From contig NC_043005.1 in the NCBI RefSeq assembly GCF_006345805.1, positions 42,098,001 through 42,162,000 on the forward strand: DNA of 64,000 nt. Reading direction: 5' to 3'. The DNA comes from Octopus sinensis. Its lineage: Eukaryota. The position numbers and the translations under genes were made by a program. Below are positions 13,482 to 27,431 of this stretch, piece after piece. Positions within the stretch are counted from its first letter, which is position 1. Every line of letters begins with the position of its first letter. Under the pieces are notes generated by a model. That model had not been told where the DNA came from and did not search any database. It worked only from the letters and a program-made list of their open reading frames with translations.

Positions 13482-13903
13482 GAGTGAGAGAGTAGTTCAT
13501 GCCATCAAAGTGACACTGGGGTAAAATATACGAAGCCCAATATACCCATCATGACTACCCGTCTGATAAGGGCACACCAGGCACATGCATCACAACCATA
13601 TGTTGAACGAAACACCCATGTTTCCAGAGGTGAATTATTCAAACCCCAAAGAATCCCTTTCAACACATGGCTATGATGCTCCCCCACTACTTCTGCTCGT
13701 GATCAGAGATGCACATATCGTCAGCCACTAAGGGACATGCTCAACTGGTTAAGGTCAAACAACTGACAAGCAAATCTGTGGTATTGAGCAGAATATTTGC
13801 TGTAGCCCATCTTTTATACCAAGACAAAACAATGTACATGATAACACTTCCAATCAGTTAAGATCAGAGGCCATGAGAGCCATTGCCTGGTACTGCATCA
13901 GGG

Positions 13904-13905
<2 letters not shown>
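13481..13905 (-). mobile_element. Short Dong-derived non-coding element embedded in (TAA)n (internally deleted copy)
   Basis: Flanked on both sides by (TTA)n. The 5' part matches 12890-13310; the 3' ~125-bp module is shared with 47913-48035. A partial copy lies at 13313-13411. Confidence 0.8.
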
Positions 13906-13941
<36 letters not shown>

Positions 13942-13976
13942 TATTATTATTATATTATTATTATTATTATTATTAA

Positions 13977-14010
<34 letters not shown>

Positions 14011-14829
14011 GTTGTTGTTGTTGTTGTTGTTCTTATATTCCTGTGTAAATTCTGTTATGGTTGTTGGTTTGCAGCTTTTTGAAGTTCGTTGGTTGGGAAA
14101 ATTTTTTTTAAAAAGTATTGGTAAATTAACAAATTAAGAGGAAGAGCAGGGGCTAACTTAAGAATTCTCATTGAAACATCACAGCCGGGCACCATTCAAT
14201 TATAATGAATTCATAATTTTGCTGAAAAGTTTACGGGACTTTTATCAAAGCCTGTCTACGTTAATCTTTTAAGACAGGTCTGTGACTATTCAGCTTTGTC
14301 CTAATTTTAGAAGTAAACTTCTAAGCTTAGTAGCAATTATAGTTGTAACATTGTAGTTCTTATTAAGATAGATCAAATGGCCAATTCACTATTTACTTTA
14401 AGACGTTTGGCTTAATCAAATTTGCCCTGCTTCTCTCTTACTGTATCTGCAAATTAGCTGTTGAGAATGTAGAGAGGCAAAGTATAATAAACGACCTTGC
14501 GACAATATGAAGGAAAACTAGGATGCAATACACGTCTGAAAATGGTTATGCTAGTTATAGGAATCTATGAACGATTTACTTCACATAGTTTATTGCCATG
14601 GATACGAATAGCGTTAATAGAGAGACGACTTTTACTGAATACAGATTAACACAACAATCAAATTACAAATGACAATGGTTTTTCACAAGTTTATTGTTAG
14701 AAAATGGCTAAATTCTTAGGTAGTATGACACAAGCATCCGAGTTAAGCAAAACCACTACAAATATGGACAGCAATTAGAAAGTTTAATATATCAAAATAG
14801 ATATAAAAAAAACATCATAAATTAATATC

Positions 14830-15233
14830 TTTTGCTTTCTCTCTTTTACTTGTGTCAGTCATTTGACTGCAGTTATGGTGGTGCACCGCCTTGAATAATT
14901 TGTTTTAGTCGAATAAATCGATCATAGTACTTTAAGGTACTCTTTCTCTTTCATGTTAAGCCTAGTACTTATCTACCGGTCCCTTTTGCTGAACCGCTAA
15001 GTTACAGGGACGTAAACTCACAAGCACCGGTTGTCAAGCAGTGGTAGGAGGACAAACACAGACACGACACACATATCTACGACGGGCTTCTTTCAGTTTC
15101 CGCCTACCAAATCCACTCACAAGGCTTCGATCGGCCCGTGGAAGACACTTGCCTAAGGTGGCACGCAGTGGAACTGAACCCCAAACCATGTGTTTGGGAG
15201 GAAAGCTTCTTACCACACAGCCATGCCTGTGCC
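14830..15233 (-). mobile_element. tRNA-derived CORE-type SINE (type C1)
   Basis: Homologous to 53932-54333, including the CORE-like GTGCCACCTTAGGCAAGTGTCTTC. Confidence 0.8.
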
Positions 15234-17552
15234 TAATGTGTTAATTTTTTAATGTGCTTAATGAGTAAAATCCAACTTAGCCTATTTATATTACTTTTTG
15301 GAGCAATGAAAACCGAGGCCAAACTAAATAAAACGGTTGTTTTACCAGTAGTTTACAAATTCTATGAAGCTCTAGATAATTAATTTCCATAATTTGAATT
15401 TTTTTAAGTTAGTTATTGAATATCACTTAGCTAAAAGGAATTGTAAGATAACATATTCCAACGACGTGGAAAGGAAATCATTTAGAATGTTCCCTTTAAT
15501 GGAATAACGAAGAGTATGTTAGTGTTTTCATTTCATTAATTCAGTGAGATACAAACATGTATGGTCAGACATTAAACATAAGAATATAACATTATATTGT
15601 GATTAGAAGGATCATCCAAAATTGTTTTCTGAGATATAAAGATAAGAAACGAGTAAGACTAATCACTGGAATTATTCGACAATAGATGAGGTGTCTGTGT
15701 TGGCATGAATCTATGCAGGATAAAATATATAATGAAATGCGGCGACGTGATGTAATGATAAAGAGAATGTAATTTCTTTGGCTCGCGTTAAAAGGTAACT
15801 TCGTTGAGTCATCTCGTTCTCGATATCTATATAATCTACCAGAAGAGAGTTTAGTAAGAATAAAATCTGAACTATTCCACTGATACTTAACTGCAGCACA
15901 ATCATGTGATAGGCTAGAAGCCATACTTAGTTTCACAATCATATAGTATTGAAGAGACAGTTATATAGAATAAAAATATAAAATGAGCTTTTCTCCACAA
16001 ATGAGATAATTTTTCATCGTTTCGCAGTTGTCTTAACTTTTTCAATGACAATGAAAGATCCTATACATATAAAAAAAAAGCAACCTAGACCCATGAAAAA
16101 TAGTGACCAGATGTTTCTGAACCCCAACTCTGTCGTATTAAAAAAAAACGGTGTTCATTGGATAATGCATTCCGTAGTATATAAAATTAGCGAGAATGCC
16201 TTTGATCATAATCTGCTCCACCTAGGCACATCTGGCTCCTGGCTGATCTCAATAAATAGATATATAAACCAGAGAAATTTTCTTTATATAGTCATGTGAA
16301 ATGCTCAATAAAGTAACTAAATTACATTGAAACAAACACAAGGTTGTATATTAATGACGACCACATATTTTAATTTCTAAATGCCGGGACATATCAGACA
16401 GCAATAATAAAATCATGAAAGAAAGCGACGGTACTAAAAATATGCACTTAAGATAGCCATGACACAAATCGATACGGAGGAGATTTTATATCTAAATATC
16501 TAGGATATTCTTACGGTAGGTAAGAATATCCCACGACATCCGATTGGCAACATAAGTTCAATACGTCCATTCTACACAAAAATTGATCGCGGGATACATA
16601 CAAAAAACAAAATTGGATTCATTTAACAAGCTAATAATATGTAAACGCTAGAAGCTGTGGCTCCTGTTCTTACTTGAATCCTTCTTTATCTCCCTCTGTA
16701 CCCCTTCTATTTTATATATATATCGCTCGCTCACTCTCCCTCTCTCTGCCTTTCAAACTGCCTTACACTCTAATTTTCTTCTAAAGGGTATGTACAAGAT
16801 TTTTTAAAACTCTGTGCTTGTATTTTGTGAAAATTTTCGTTGTTGTAAGAAAGGGAATTTTTGCTAAAATGCTGATTAATTAACGAGCAAATTATATGAA
16901 CATTTTAGCAAACACACCATACGAACACATGCTTGATGAAAGTGAAAATGATTTAATTATGCTAACTGGCAATACAATTCTGATACAATATTCGGAACAA
17001 TATTTATAAACAATTTATATTTCCAGTCTGAGTTAAAGCTAAATAGAATCTGTATCAAGAATCAAAGATCGCTCCTCATTCTCCACAAATCTAAACTAAT
17101 TACATTAAAAATTAAACAAACAAACAATAACATTGACAATAAAATAAAGATAAAAACAAAATCAAAAATGAAACAAAGAATTTTAAAAAATACTCAGAAA
17201 CAAACCATGTAATGATAGAAGCTTTAGAACGTTTCGAAAAATTAAATTTATTTCCTAGCATCGTCTTATAAGAAATTATAAGACAAGTATGATTAATTTC
17301 AGGAGAACACGTTGCGTTATTCCCCGCACACCTTTCGCATTCATTCATCCCGCCTCTCTCTCTTTTACTCTTGATTATAATGATAATAACAATGGTTTTA
17401 TTTGTAATTGTGTATCTGTAGTGAATATGCAGACACATATGGTCTCGATAGCAATGATGATGATGATGAAGTTAACTTATTGATATATGTTGCTGCTGAC
17501 GACGATGATAGTAATGATGATGACGACAACACGAGAATGTTCAAGGATGGAC

Positions 17553-18002
17553 ATTTTATCAACCCCGAAAGGATGAAAGATAAAGTCGACCTCGGTGGAA
17601 TTTGAACTCAGAATGTAAAGACGGCCAAAATGCCATTAAGCATTTCGTTATAGAATATTATGATATTGAAGATTGTTTTAACTACAGCTCAATCAGTAAG
17701 AATATATCTTTCACTTTCGTCTATCAGGACTAAGCATTAGACGAGGATAAGAAAGACTAAGACGATGATGTGCAAAATGGTATTCTCGGTATTAATGATG
17801 ATAATATAGAATTGGTAGCAAAAACACCTGATAGACGAAAGTGAAAGATATATTCTTACTGATTGATCTGTAGTTAAAACAATCTTCAATATCATAATAT
17901 TCTATAACGAAATGCTTAGTGGCATTTTGGCCGTCTTTACATTCTGAGTTCAAATTCCACCGAGGTCGACTTTATCTTTCATCCTTTCGGGGTTGATAAA
18001 AT
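17553..18002. repeat. Inverted duplication: 176-bp arms (17553-17728 and 17827-18002), 98-bp spacer
   Basis: Manual alignment gives 174/176 identity. The arms contain a SINE piece plus non-SINE sequence. Confidence 0.97.
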
Positions 18003-18102
18003 AAGTACCACTTGAACTCTGGGGTCGATGGAATCGATTTACTCCCTCCCCTGAAATTGTTGGTTTTGTGCCAAAATTTTAAACCAATATTATAATATTC
18101 CA

Positions 18103-18645
18103 TAGGGCGGCGAGCTGACAGAGGCGTCACTGTATCGGGTAAAATGCTCAGCGGCATTTTGTCCGTCTTAACATTTTAAGTTCAAATTCCACTGAGTCCG
18201 AATGTGCCTTTCATCCTTTCGAAGTCGATAAAGTAATTTTTGTTGTTGTTTGTTCCTTCGCGAGCCACGCCGGGCTCATAAGGGCCGGTTTTCCGGTTTC
18301 CTTGGCGTATAGGTTCCCCACCTGGACGGGACGCCGGTCCGTCGCAGGTGAGCTGCAAGATGCAGGAGGAAAGCGTGAAAGAAAGTTATGGCGAAAGAGT
18401 CAGCAGAAGTTCGCCATTACCTTCTGCCGGAGCCGCGTGGAGCTTAGGTGCTTCGCTCATAAACACACACATCACCCGGTCTGAGATTCGAACCCACGAT
18501 CCCTCGACCGCGAGTGCTCTAACCACTAGGCCATGTGCCTCTACCGATAAAGTAATTAACAGTTGAGAACTGGGGTCGATGTAATCGATTTACCTCCTCC
18601 CCCAAAATTGCTGCCATTTAGCCAAGATTTGTAACCAATATTACA
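18103..18645 (+). mobile_element. Meta-domain-type SINE (type M) interrupted by a type T SINE
   Basis: GGCGGCGAGCTGACAG head and GCCTTTCATCCTTTCGAAGTCGATAAAG core. The element resumes after 18557. Confidence 0.75.
18239..18544 (-). mobile_element. tRNA-derived SINE (type T) with 13-bp TSD
   Basis: Head GAGGCACATGGCCTAGTGGTTAGAGC (A box) and GGTTCGAATC (B box). TSD CGATAAAGTAATT at 18226-18238 and 18545-18557. Confidence 0.9.
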
Positions 18646-19739
18646 ATATTCTATACTACAAATGTTTCTAGTGAGAAACCAAATATATATATCAAGCTAG
18701 TGAGTGTGGTTATATCTCTTACTCTTAACTCTTAGAAATACAGAAACATAAATGAGTTCTTCTGTTTAATGACCAAATTAGTCACTTAATATTAGGATTC
18801 TGACTACAGGTGTTGTTTAATGTTAAATATAATTAAAATGTTACTGGCTGAATGAAATATTTGTTGGTATAGTAGAATAGCTAAGATTACAATTGCAAAT
18901 ACCTACACTTAACCTAATTACATCTGACTATGATGTTGTATGTTTAAAAGTTTAAAATATGACGCGCATTCAACTTTAGTATATTTGCCATTATAATTGT
19001 AACTTATCTTCCGAATCTTAAGAAAGATTATCGATGACATGGACATAAAAATACAGATCATTTTGCGCTATTTTATTCAGTAAATGTACAATTTAGAAAT
19101 TTTTTGTTTTAACATTATAAATTAGCGGAGAATTGATAAAGTTTTCTTAATGAGAAAAGAAACGAAAGAAGATTTTAAAGCATCTACAAAGAAGAAATTG
19201 AGATGATTAGGCAAGTTAGTATTAATTTTGCAGTCTGTAAGTTGAAAGTGTCATAATTTAGAGAGAAACAACTGAATGGGTGCTGTTCTATTTAAGGCAA
19301 ATGGTTTAATATATGCCCAAAAGTTTTTAAGAGCAAACGAAAACAGAAATACAAGATAATTAATGTTATACTGCAAGATAGACATAAATGAACGTTTAAT
19401 GGAATCTAGATATTTGGAAACAAAAAAAGGAACAAGTTTCCAAGGAGGTCGTTTTTTCCAGCCAAATGGCAAGTGAATGAAATGATGGTGTGTGGCAGAA
19501 TTACGGTCATCTACTTTATGGCATTTAGGTAAGCGTTGCACATATCCACGTTTCACGTCTGTGCAGTTAGTTTAGGAAAAACTTGACTATCCTCAGAATT
19601 TATTGTATAACACAGGTAGAGATTAGCTTTGTGTGTAAAGACATCCAGACTGTTTGAAAGACTACCCCCTCACACACATACACACACAACATATTAAAAT
19701 AAATTCATAAAGAATTGATTTGCCATGCAGTTTCACTTG

Positions 19740-20361
19740 CTTAATTCAACATCTGAGGGATCAGAAAATACATTTAACAATTCCAAAGCTGCGAAGAACG
19801 TTTGGTCAGTTAAATGGAGCTGATAAATTCAAAAGAACAGTGAAGCAGACAGATTACTGTTTTCAAATGAGATGGGAAATAAGTCAATAAAAGAGGAAAT
19901 AAATATCACAGAAGAGGTAGTGAAAAAAATGCCTAAATGGAAACGAAATTCGAAAGTGCCAGGAACCGATGGGATTCAAGTAATCTGGCTCAAATAATCC
20001 ATTACATGTTTAACATTGCTTTGGAAATTACTAACCGGCTTACTTTAGCAGATTTATTGGGTAACTTTCTACAGAAAGAAGACCTCTAGCCAGAGTAGCA
20101 AAGGTGATTCAGGAAGAAGTAAATGAGAACTGATCTATTGTATGATGTTGATATAATACTAGCTAAAACCTGAAATTCGTTGGATAGACAAGAGATCATT
20201 TGATAATGTACTACAGAATAGGTGTTTGGAAAATCTAGTGAGACTCAGAGTCAATCAAAAGATTAATATATTCTTGATAAATGATGAGATCATGGGAAAT
20301 AGAAATAAAGTGAAGTGAATCGTTTGATAACGAAGAAATGGGATGTGGTATATTTGAAGGA

Positions 20362-20412
<51 letters not shown>

Positions 20413-21930
20413 ATATTTCGTAGTGGTTTGCGTTGATTCTTCTCACTAACGTACAGAGAAAATTAAGTACTGTATATGAGCTTGCCAAGGTGAAGATAAA
20501 AGTATATCCCCTGCTATGTGTAGACGACTTCAAACTGTACACCAAATACGAAAAATAATTTGGATTATCTTGTCTAAATAATAATGATATTTAGTAAAAA
20601 TATGCAGTTTATTATTAATAACCGCGCAGTTTTAATCATAGAGAGATGTAGAAAGTTTAAAGCTGAAGATACTGCAAGATAATATCATTAGATCACTAAG
20701 AGGTAATGACAGATAACACATACAAGTACGTAGGAATGCTGAGGCGTGATGTGGTAATGGAGAAGTACTAGAGGATGTTTAGGGAGGTGTATGCAACAAA
20801 ACTAACACGAGGTAAGTTCAGAGTATTCAAAACGTGGAATATACCAGTGCTGAGATTTTGCTTCTTTTCTTTTAAAGTGGACAAAGATACAGGAATTAGG
20901 TAGATGAAGTATGAAGCTGCTCACGATGCAAAACGGATGGCGCCACGAAATCATCAACAGGTTCTAGTTATCAAGACGAAAAGAGGGTAGAGGTTTCTTA
21001 AATGCAGCAGACACCATCAGTGCTGAAATTTTGAATTTGGAAAATGGTTTCGAACAGTGAAGAAAGAATATTAGCTATGATCAGAAATACTGAAGAAGTC
21101 GCTGAAACAGTGGGATTAATCAAGAAAAGAAAGAAGAGTGTAAATGCAAGCTGCTGTAAAGAAGGAATTACGTAGCCAATTAGAGTAACAAACCTAGAAT
21201 GTTGAAAGTAAAGAATGCTTGGTATAGCTGACAGCTGGAAACCTGAAGCAAGAAATTCAATTGAAGCCTTTTATTATTTTTTTTCCATTTGGGAACAAGC
21301 CATTAGGTTGAATCTGATAAACACAAAGTCTGATAAAACTCAGTCAGTGAGCAAACGCAGAATATGTGGAAAAGGGAGGAAATTATTAATATTTCCTGAG
21401 TGCAGAAAGCTAGCACATAAAGGATAGTAAAGTTGGTATGATTACATCGGTAAGAAAGGTATTGGGGTGATAGCAAAATTTGTAGATTCGAAGTGACGGA
21501 TGAGTGGCCTCACGTGAACGCAAGCCAGAATTTGTGATGGAAAATGTTAATTAAAGGATTTTACTGGATTTCTCAACAAAAGTTGACGATACTATTGATG
21601 CAGACCAGACTAGATATGCCTGTAGACGACAGAAAAAGCTAGAGGTGTAAGGTCATAGGTTTTGCAGTACTTATATGATAGCAAAATGTTGAGAAATATC
21701 AAGCCCAAGCAAGGGAGATGAAAAACTGTGGGACACAAATGTGAAAGCTATTCCTTTGATAATTGCTGTACACGCTACAACAGTAAAATGCTTCGTAAGT
21801 GGATGAAGGAAACCGATATCGAAACACATATTCTCAATCTGCAGAAAAGTGCCGCGCTGTGATCTACATGAGTCCTAAGAATGATTCTTGGGTTTTGGGG
21901 AGACCTGCTGTTACTGAGCCTTAAGATAAT
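19740..21930 (+). mobile_element. Decayed R4/Dong-clade retrotransposon (RT to RLE)
   Basis: KMPKW..VPGTDGIQVIWLK; GIFEGDSLS[(CT)n]PLYFV; LLCVDDFKLY; QKSAAL near the 3' end. Many stops and frameshifts. Confidence 0.75.
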
Positions 21931-23249
21931 AATTCAGATAATTAAATTAGTATGTAAGAGCTTTTGAATAACAACATTATATTCATAAAGCAGCCAAACA
22001 ATAACTGCAATGCTTTGAAATATATAATTGATTTGTTATTCAGCAATTATTATTGAGCATTTTTATTGTTAACGTTTTATATCATCGAAAATATTTAGCC
22101 GGAAGACATTAACTGTAAACTTTAAATATCTAAAATATCTTCCACATCAAAACAAATCCTTTTTGCCTAAATGTTGATTCATATGTTTTGTAAGACATCA
22201 GTGATAATAACATTTCGAAGTCAAAATGTTTGCTGCAACTATGTAAGAGGTCTATTATGAAATCAGTGACTGACGTATTCAATGCAGTTCATTGATTTTT
22301 TTCCCCACCAATTGTTCTCCTGAAACGACTACATTTTTCTTCTTTTTTTTTTTTTTTCAAATTTGAAACCTCAGATTTCAAACATCATACCAACTTCATT
22401 GGAATTTATTTGCTTACTATTTCTTTAGTCTCTGGTGTTTTATTTCTTTGTTTATTATGTAGACAAACTCAATTCACAAATTCATTTTTTCCTTTCGGTT
22501 CGAAACCACTTTTCTATCACTTTTCATTATGACAACGTTGAAGCTAACGGAATTTCTTCTCTTCTTTCTGATCGAATTGTCTGGTAATAAGACTATTTAA
22601 AAATCATCGTGACCCTACGTTTTTCCCCACCGTCCTTAATCATTATTTTCCATACGCGTTGTCAAAACTCAGGATAAACATAACAAATTCCGATTGAACT
22701 GATCGTCTCAAACTGTGCATTTATTTGACACCTCGGAGTATAACAATGTTAAGGAAGAAAAATTTCGTTAGTCGAAAGTTTGTGGTTTTAACCTCACGTT
22801 TTGCCTATAACCTTTATACAGCATGACTTAATCATGAATATGCCTGAGAAATAACTTGATTGGTTACTATCTAATATTATTTTCAATACTTCTGTCGAAG
22901 GTTTACAATTACAAATACCAAGTCAAACTTCGGAAGTTTATTAAATTTAATTATCAAAACATCATAAATTTTTCGGTAGGTTTCTGATTAGAAAATCAAT
23001 GTCATACTTCAGTATTATTAAATCCTTATCAGGAAATCTAAATAATAATGATTTCTTGCATTAGTACAATATTACAAATCTTCAAGGGCGGCCGTAGAAT
23101 TAACTGAATCAACACCAGTCTGTTACTGTTATATCAATTTTTATCGTTCCAATGAGGAAAAGAAAATGGGGAGATGCAATGTAGCAAGATTTAAAATCAA
23201 AATATTACAAGACATAGTTATGAACATTTTACCACTTATCTCTTCCTAT

Positions 23250-25480
23250 TTCTTCCACCTACCAATAATTAAAATTCAGCTTCTGTCTTTTCTTTCAATG
23301 CTTCACCGAACAATACAGTTCGCTACTTCTGTGTTTTAGTCAATCCATCGCTGTGTAAACAATACCAGAATTTATTATTTTTTTTTACCTAACATTCTGT
23401 TCCCTATTTGTGTGTTTCCAGTAATTTGCCGCCTTATAAATGCAGTCAACCACTTTTCTTTGACTGCCAGTCTACCGTTTCATGATACAGTTTGCGACAT
23501 GGGTATTCTTAGCCATCCTCCCTCACAAGCAATCTAACTTATAATTTTAATAGTTTATTCATATCTACAGAATCTGAAGTTATATTTTGCAATCTTCATC
23601 ATTATATGCTTTTCGTAGTTTCTTGTGTGTAGAGTTTATTCACGTGTCACAATCACAAATCCCTTTATCTCTCCTTCACGTTTTACACTATTAAGCCAGA
23701 GCTGAGATTATTCATTATCGGCTTTCTCAGTCTCTATCTAATATTATAAGGTCGGGAACTTTTCTACCACCATGAGTGTATGACATTTTGACGCTCCAAT
23801 TTAGTTTTCTTTTTCCTTTCTTCTTTCTCCTTACACTGTATTTATTATCAGCATCTGTTATATAGACATTTGCGCCCTTAAACAGAAAGCATCTTTATTA
23901 ATTCTGTTGTGTCTGGGGAGAGTCATTTTATTTTTGTGCCTTATAATGTAACACACTCACCGGTAAAATTTCCACGTATTTCTTATTTTTATTTTCCTAA
24001 AATTTTCGTTGCGTGTTGCAACCTTTTCAATAGTCTTGTGTTTTGCTGCTATTTGCATTAGTTTTCATTTGTTCTTATTACCATTTCTTCCCAATTCCAG
24101 TTTGCTTAAGGATGTTGCTTTTAGATATTAACCTCAAATAGAAAGCAAATGAGGGAAAAGCGTTCTCTTGGAATATTCTTTTAATAGTGATGTATTTTAA
24201 TTTTCTAATTCCTTTTTTCTTTTGTATCAACAGAATGGTTCACCATTTATTCATGGTATTTACCATCTTATTGTAAGCGTCATTTTATTCGTGTCTACTA
24301 CTCCAGAGTCTTCGAGTGAGGAACACTATCAGAACTATTTTCATAATCAACTCGTGCCAATCTCAGTTCATTCTCTTTCGACCTATAGTCTATGATTATA
24401 ATTTTATTGATCAATAATTTATCAATGTCCGTAATTGATCAATAATTGATCAAATAGGGACATGTGACACTTTGCAGCATCCCCTCTATTCCCTGCGAGT
24501 CAATTTTTTATGGTTATTATGTATTCTCCACAATGTTATTACAGTTTTAAAAAATTCTCTTTAGTTATGAGATTGAATTGGTCTTTCCCTTGTTGACCTT
24601 TCCAGAACTGATTCTATAAAAGATTAAGAAATATTTTGACTAGATTTTTGTTAAATATTTCAGCAGAATGTTTGGAAGTTTGAGAACTTGTGCTAGCTTA
24701 TTGTTAATTGTTTGTTGCAGATTTGCTTCGTTTTGGTAGTTCACGTGTTGCTTTTGTTTTTTCAACGATTCCCCCACTAACTCTTACGTTACTATTCTTA
24801 CTACATGCAAGCATAATTCAGTATACATTCTAATTCGTCGAAATGTTACTTTTGTTTCAAACATAATTATCGCTTTCATAATGACAAATTCTTTTTGAAT
24901 TATTGAAGGTGTTTTCTTCAAGAAGCTCTTTGATTTTGAATTATATTATTCTTATGCTATTTCCTATGCATGTTTCTCTGCATAGTTTCCTTTGTGTTCC
25001 TTCGACATTAATGTCAATAAGGATTCAGAGATATTTTCTTTATTTTTTTAATCTTTTCCTGCATATTTGCTATTTCCGAAGTTCTTTCATGAGCAAAGCA
25101 GTTCTTCAGATGGAAGATTCTGTTCTGGTACATTTCGAGCTGAAGGATGAGCTTGGGTGCGTCAATCCACAAGGTATCAGGCGGTAAGATCAATGAGCCA
25201 AAGATGAGGCTATTTTCATTGAGTCACTTGCAACGAATAAAGTCTCAATCGTATGTTTCTGACTGCCTTGTCGAAGCTGCTTCTGTCAGAGTTCTCATTT
25301 AAGGCTTCAGATAATTTCTTTCTGATGACTTTGTTCATGATGACGTATTGCATTCTGCTCTCCCATTCTTCGTCCGGCTCACTGTCTCAGATGTTAGACT
25401 TTTGAAATATCTAACATCAACTAGCAAACATAAATTAGAGTCTATCATAGATGAGGTAATTTCCATTATCTACTCCACAT
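23250..25480 (-). mobile_element. Probable very old Dong-like retrotransposon remnant
   Basis: VANCIMKTVDWQS and RTVLF patches (~23300-23500) resemble the RT-proximal NWKSPG and GRTVL motifs. Boundaries are approximate. Confidence 0.4.
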
Positions 25481-27431
25481 CAGTCTGCCGACGACTCTCA
25501 AGAGTACCTCTACATGGGAAATATATCATTGTATTTACTTTGTATGAATATCGGAAAGATTATTTTTAATCTATTTCACTGTCAACGTGCAAATATATAA
25601 ACAGATAAATATATAAATGAAGTTCGAATGTGTTCAGTATGCAGCAATTTTCACCATGAACTCTCCTTCGAGCGAAACCGTCAAGTTGCAAGAGCACCGT
25701 GTAGGCAGAATAGACAGCAGAATTTGTCTGTTACCTTCGTCTGAGCAGCAGCGACTGGCTTCAACATTGAACAATTCAGTAAACCCGTTCAATGCTCAAG
25801 CTACGTTGAACATAGGAGGAAATAACGTAAGATTACACTTACAGTCCTTGGAAACGTTAGTATATAACATTCATAAAGATTCTGTCTTTGTAGGGTTTTA
25901 TTTTATTAATATCACTAATAGATGAGATGGCGAGGTGAAATTTATACATACTGCTCAACTAAAGAAACTAAAGAAAGATTTTTCCTTTATAAACAAGTAT
26001 AAATAATTACATTAGAGGGAAATACTTGAAGCGTTAGTCTCCCCTTCATTAAACTACAAGACAAAGCATACTTCATCTACTGTATTTCCATTTCTTTCGG
26101 CTTTAGAGGGCGTACTATTCTATCCTACAGACAGACTACAAAGAAAATGGCTGTATCAATATAAATATCGATGCCACCAGCAGTAATTACTCTAACTACA
26201 TTAACTATGGCAACAAAAACGAAAAGGAAATTAACAATATAGTAATGCCAATCCCCATCTGGATTGCTGACAAATAAGCTGTACTGAGAAAGTAATTAAT
26301 GTTTAGCCTAGTGATAATGAAATATGATTTATCACACCTTATGTTTGTTTTGTCTATTTAAGTGTGTGTTCAGTGTTCTAATTCCATTTTTATGTTATCA
26401 GCCTTACTTAGTTGTTATTAGAAACCACGAAGACAACCTGAGCATAGACGGAGCATTGTATAAAGCGCTATACCTATCTGTTGCTATTGATTTATTTCGA
26501 TTATGTATAGTTTGATTTAACTGAAAACATTACATGCCTAGTACTGTTAATTCTATCAGCTCGACAGAAATGAAGATAAATTCAATTACTGCACTATTTG
26601 AACTCATAGTATAGAGAGTCAGAACTAAAACTGCAAGTTATTTAGACCGATACTCTATAGATTTGCTATTATTCTTGCAATTATAAATTACACTTACGCA
26701 TGCAGAAACCATAGTTACAGAACATATAGGATCTAAACAAAATACAAACGTGGCTTATAATCTTGTTTCTTATTCGAAATTTTTTGAAGATGATTGATAA
26801 TACATAGGTTACTTTATACAATATAACATGCGCACTCGCAGAAATTATACAAGTTGGAATAAGTATTCTGTATTACAAGACATGCGATCTTACCTTGGTA
26901 AATGTTATTAATTATATCAGCAAGTATATGATGAGAAGGAATTTTATAAACAATGGAGATATGAAATTCAAAGATGAATTTTTGTAAAATTTGAAGTTAG
27001 GAAAATCAGTGAATCACACTAATACGCCATTGATTCTGCCTGAAATTATATTACTGAATTTATCTCAAAATATATTAGCCAGCTCTTCTCAACCTTAGTA
27101 GTATGGCTCCCTAAATACTCTTTCGATTTCTTCATTTCTTTTTCCTATTCCCTATTTCCTCCCAGCTACTTTTTATCATTGATATCAACTTCCCCTACAT
27201 TGTCACCTTTATAACTACAGTCCATTGCCCTCAATTTCTTCTTGCGGTGACGCAATTAATTCATACCCAGCATCCCAGGTTTTCTCCGCTTTTCAAACTC
27301 GTTGTTACACGCAACCGCTTTTTCTTTTTCAAAGACGTTTATGGGTCCTTCATTGGAATGGCAATGAGAACTACGATAGGCCCGAATATAATAAATTGCT
27401 TATTGTTTCTCTTGAGGTCCATAATTTAACT

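Noticed and set aside
25617-25925. 102-aa plus-strand ORF with ACCATG and an AAC|GTAAGA donor
   Set aside because: No recognisable family and no phase-compatible next exon; it may be LINE linker debris.
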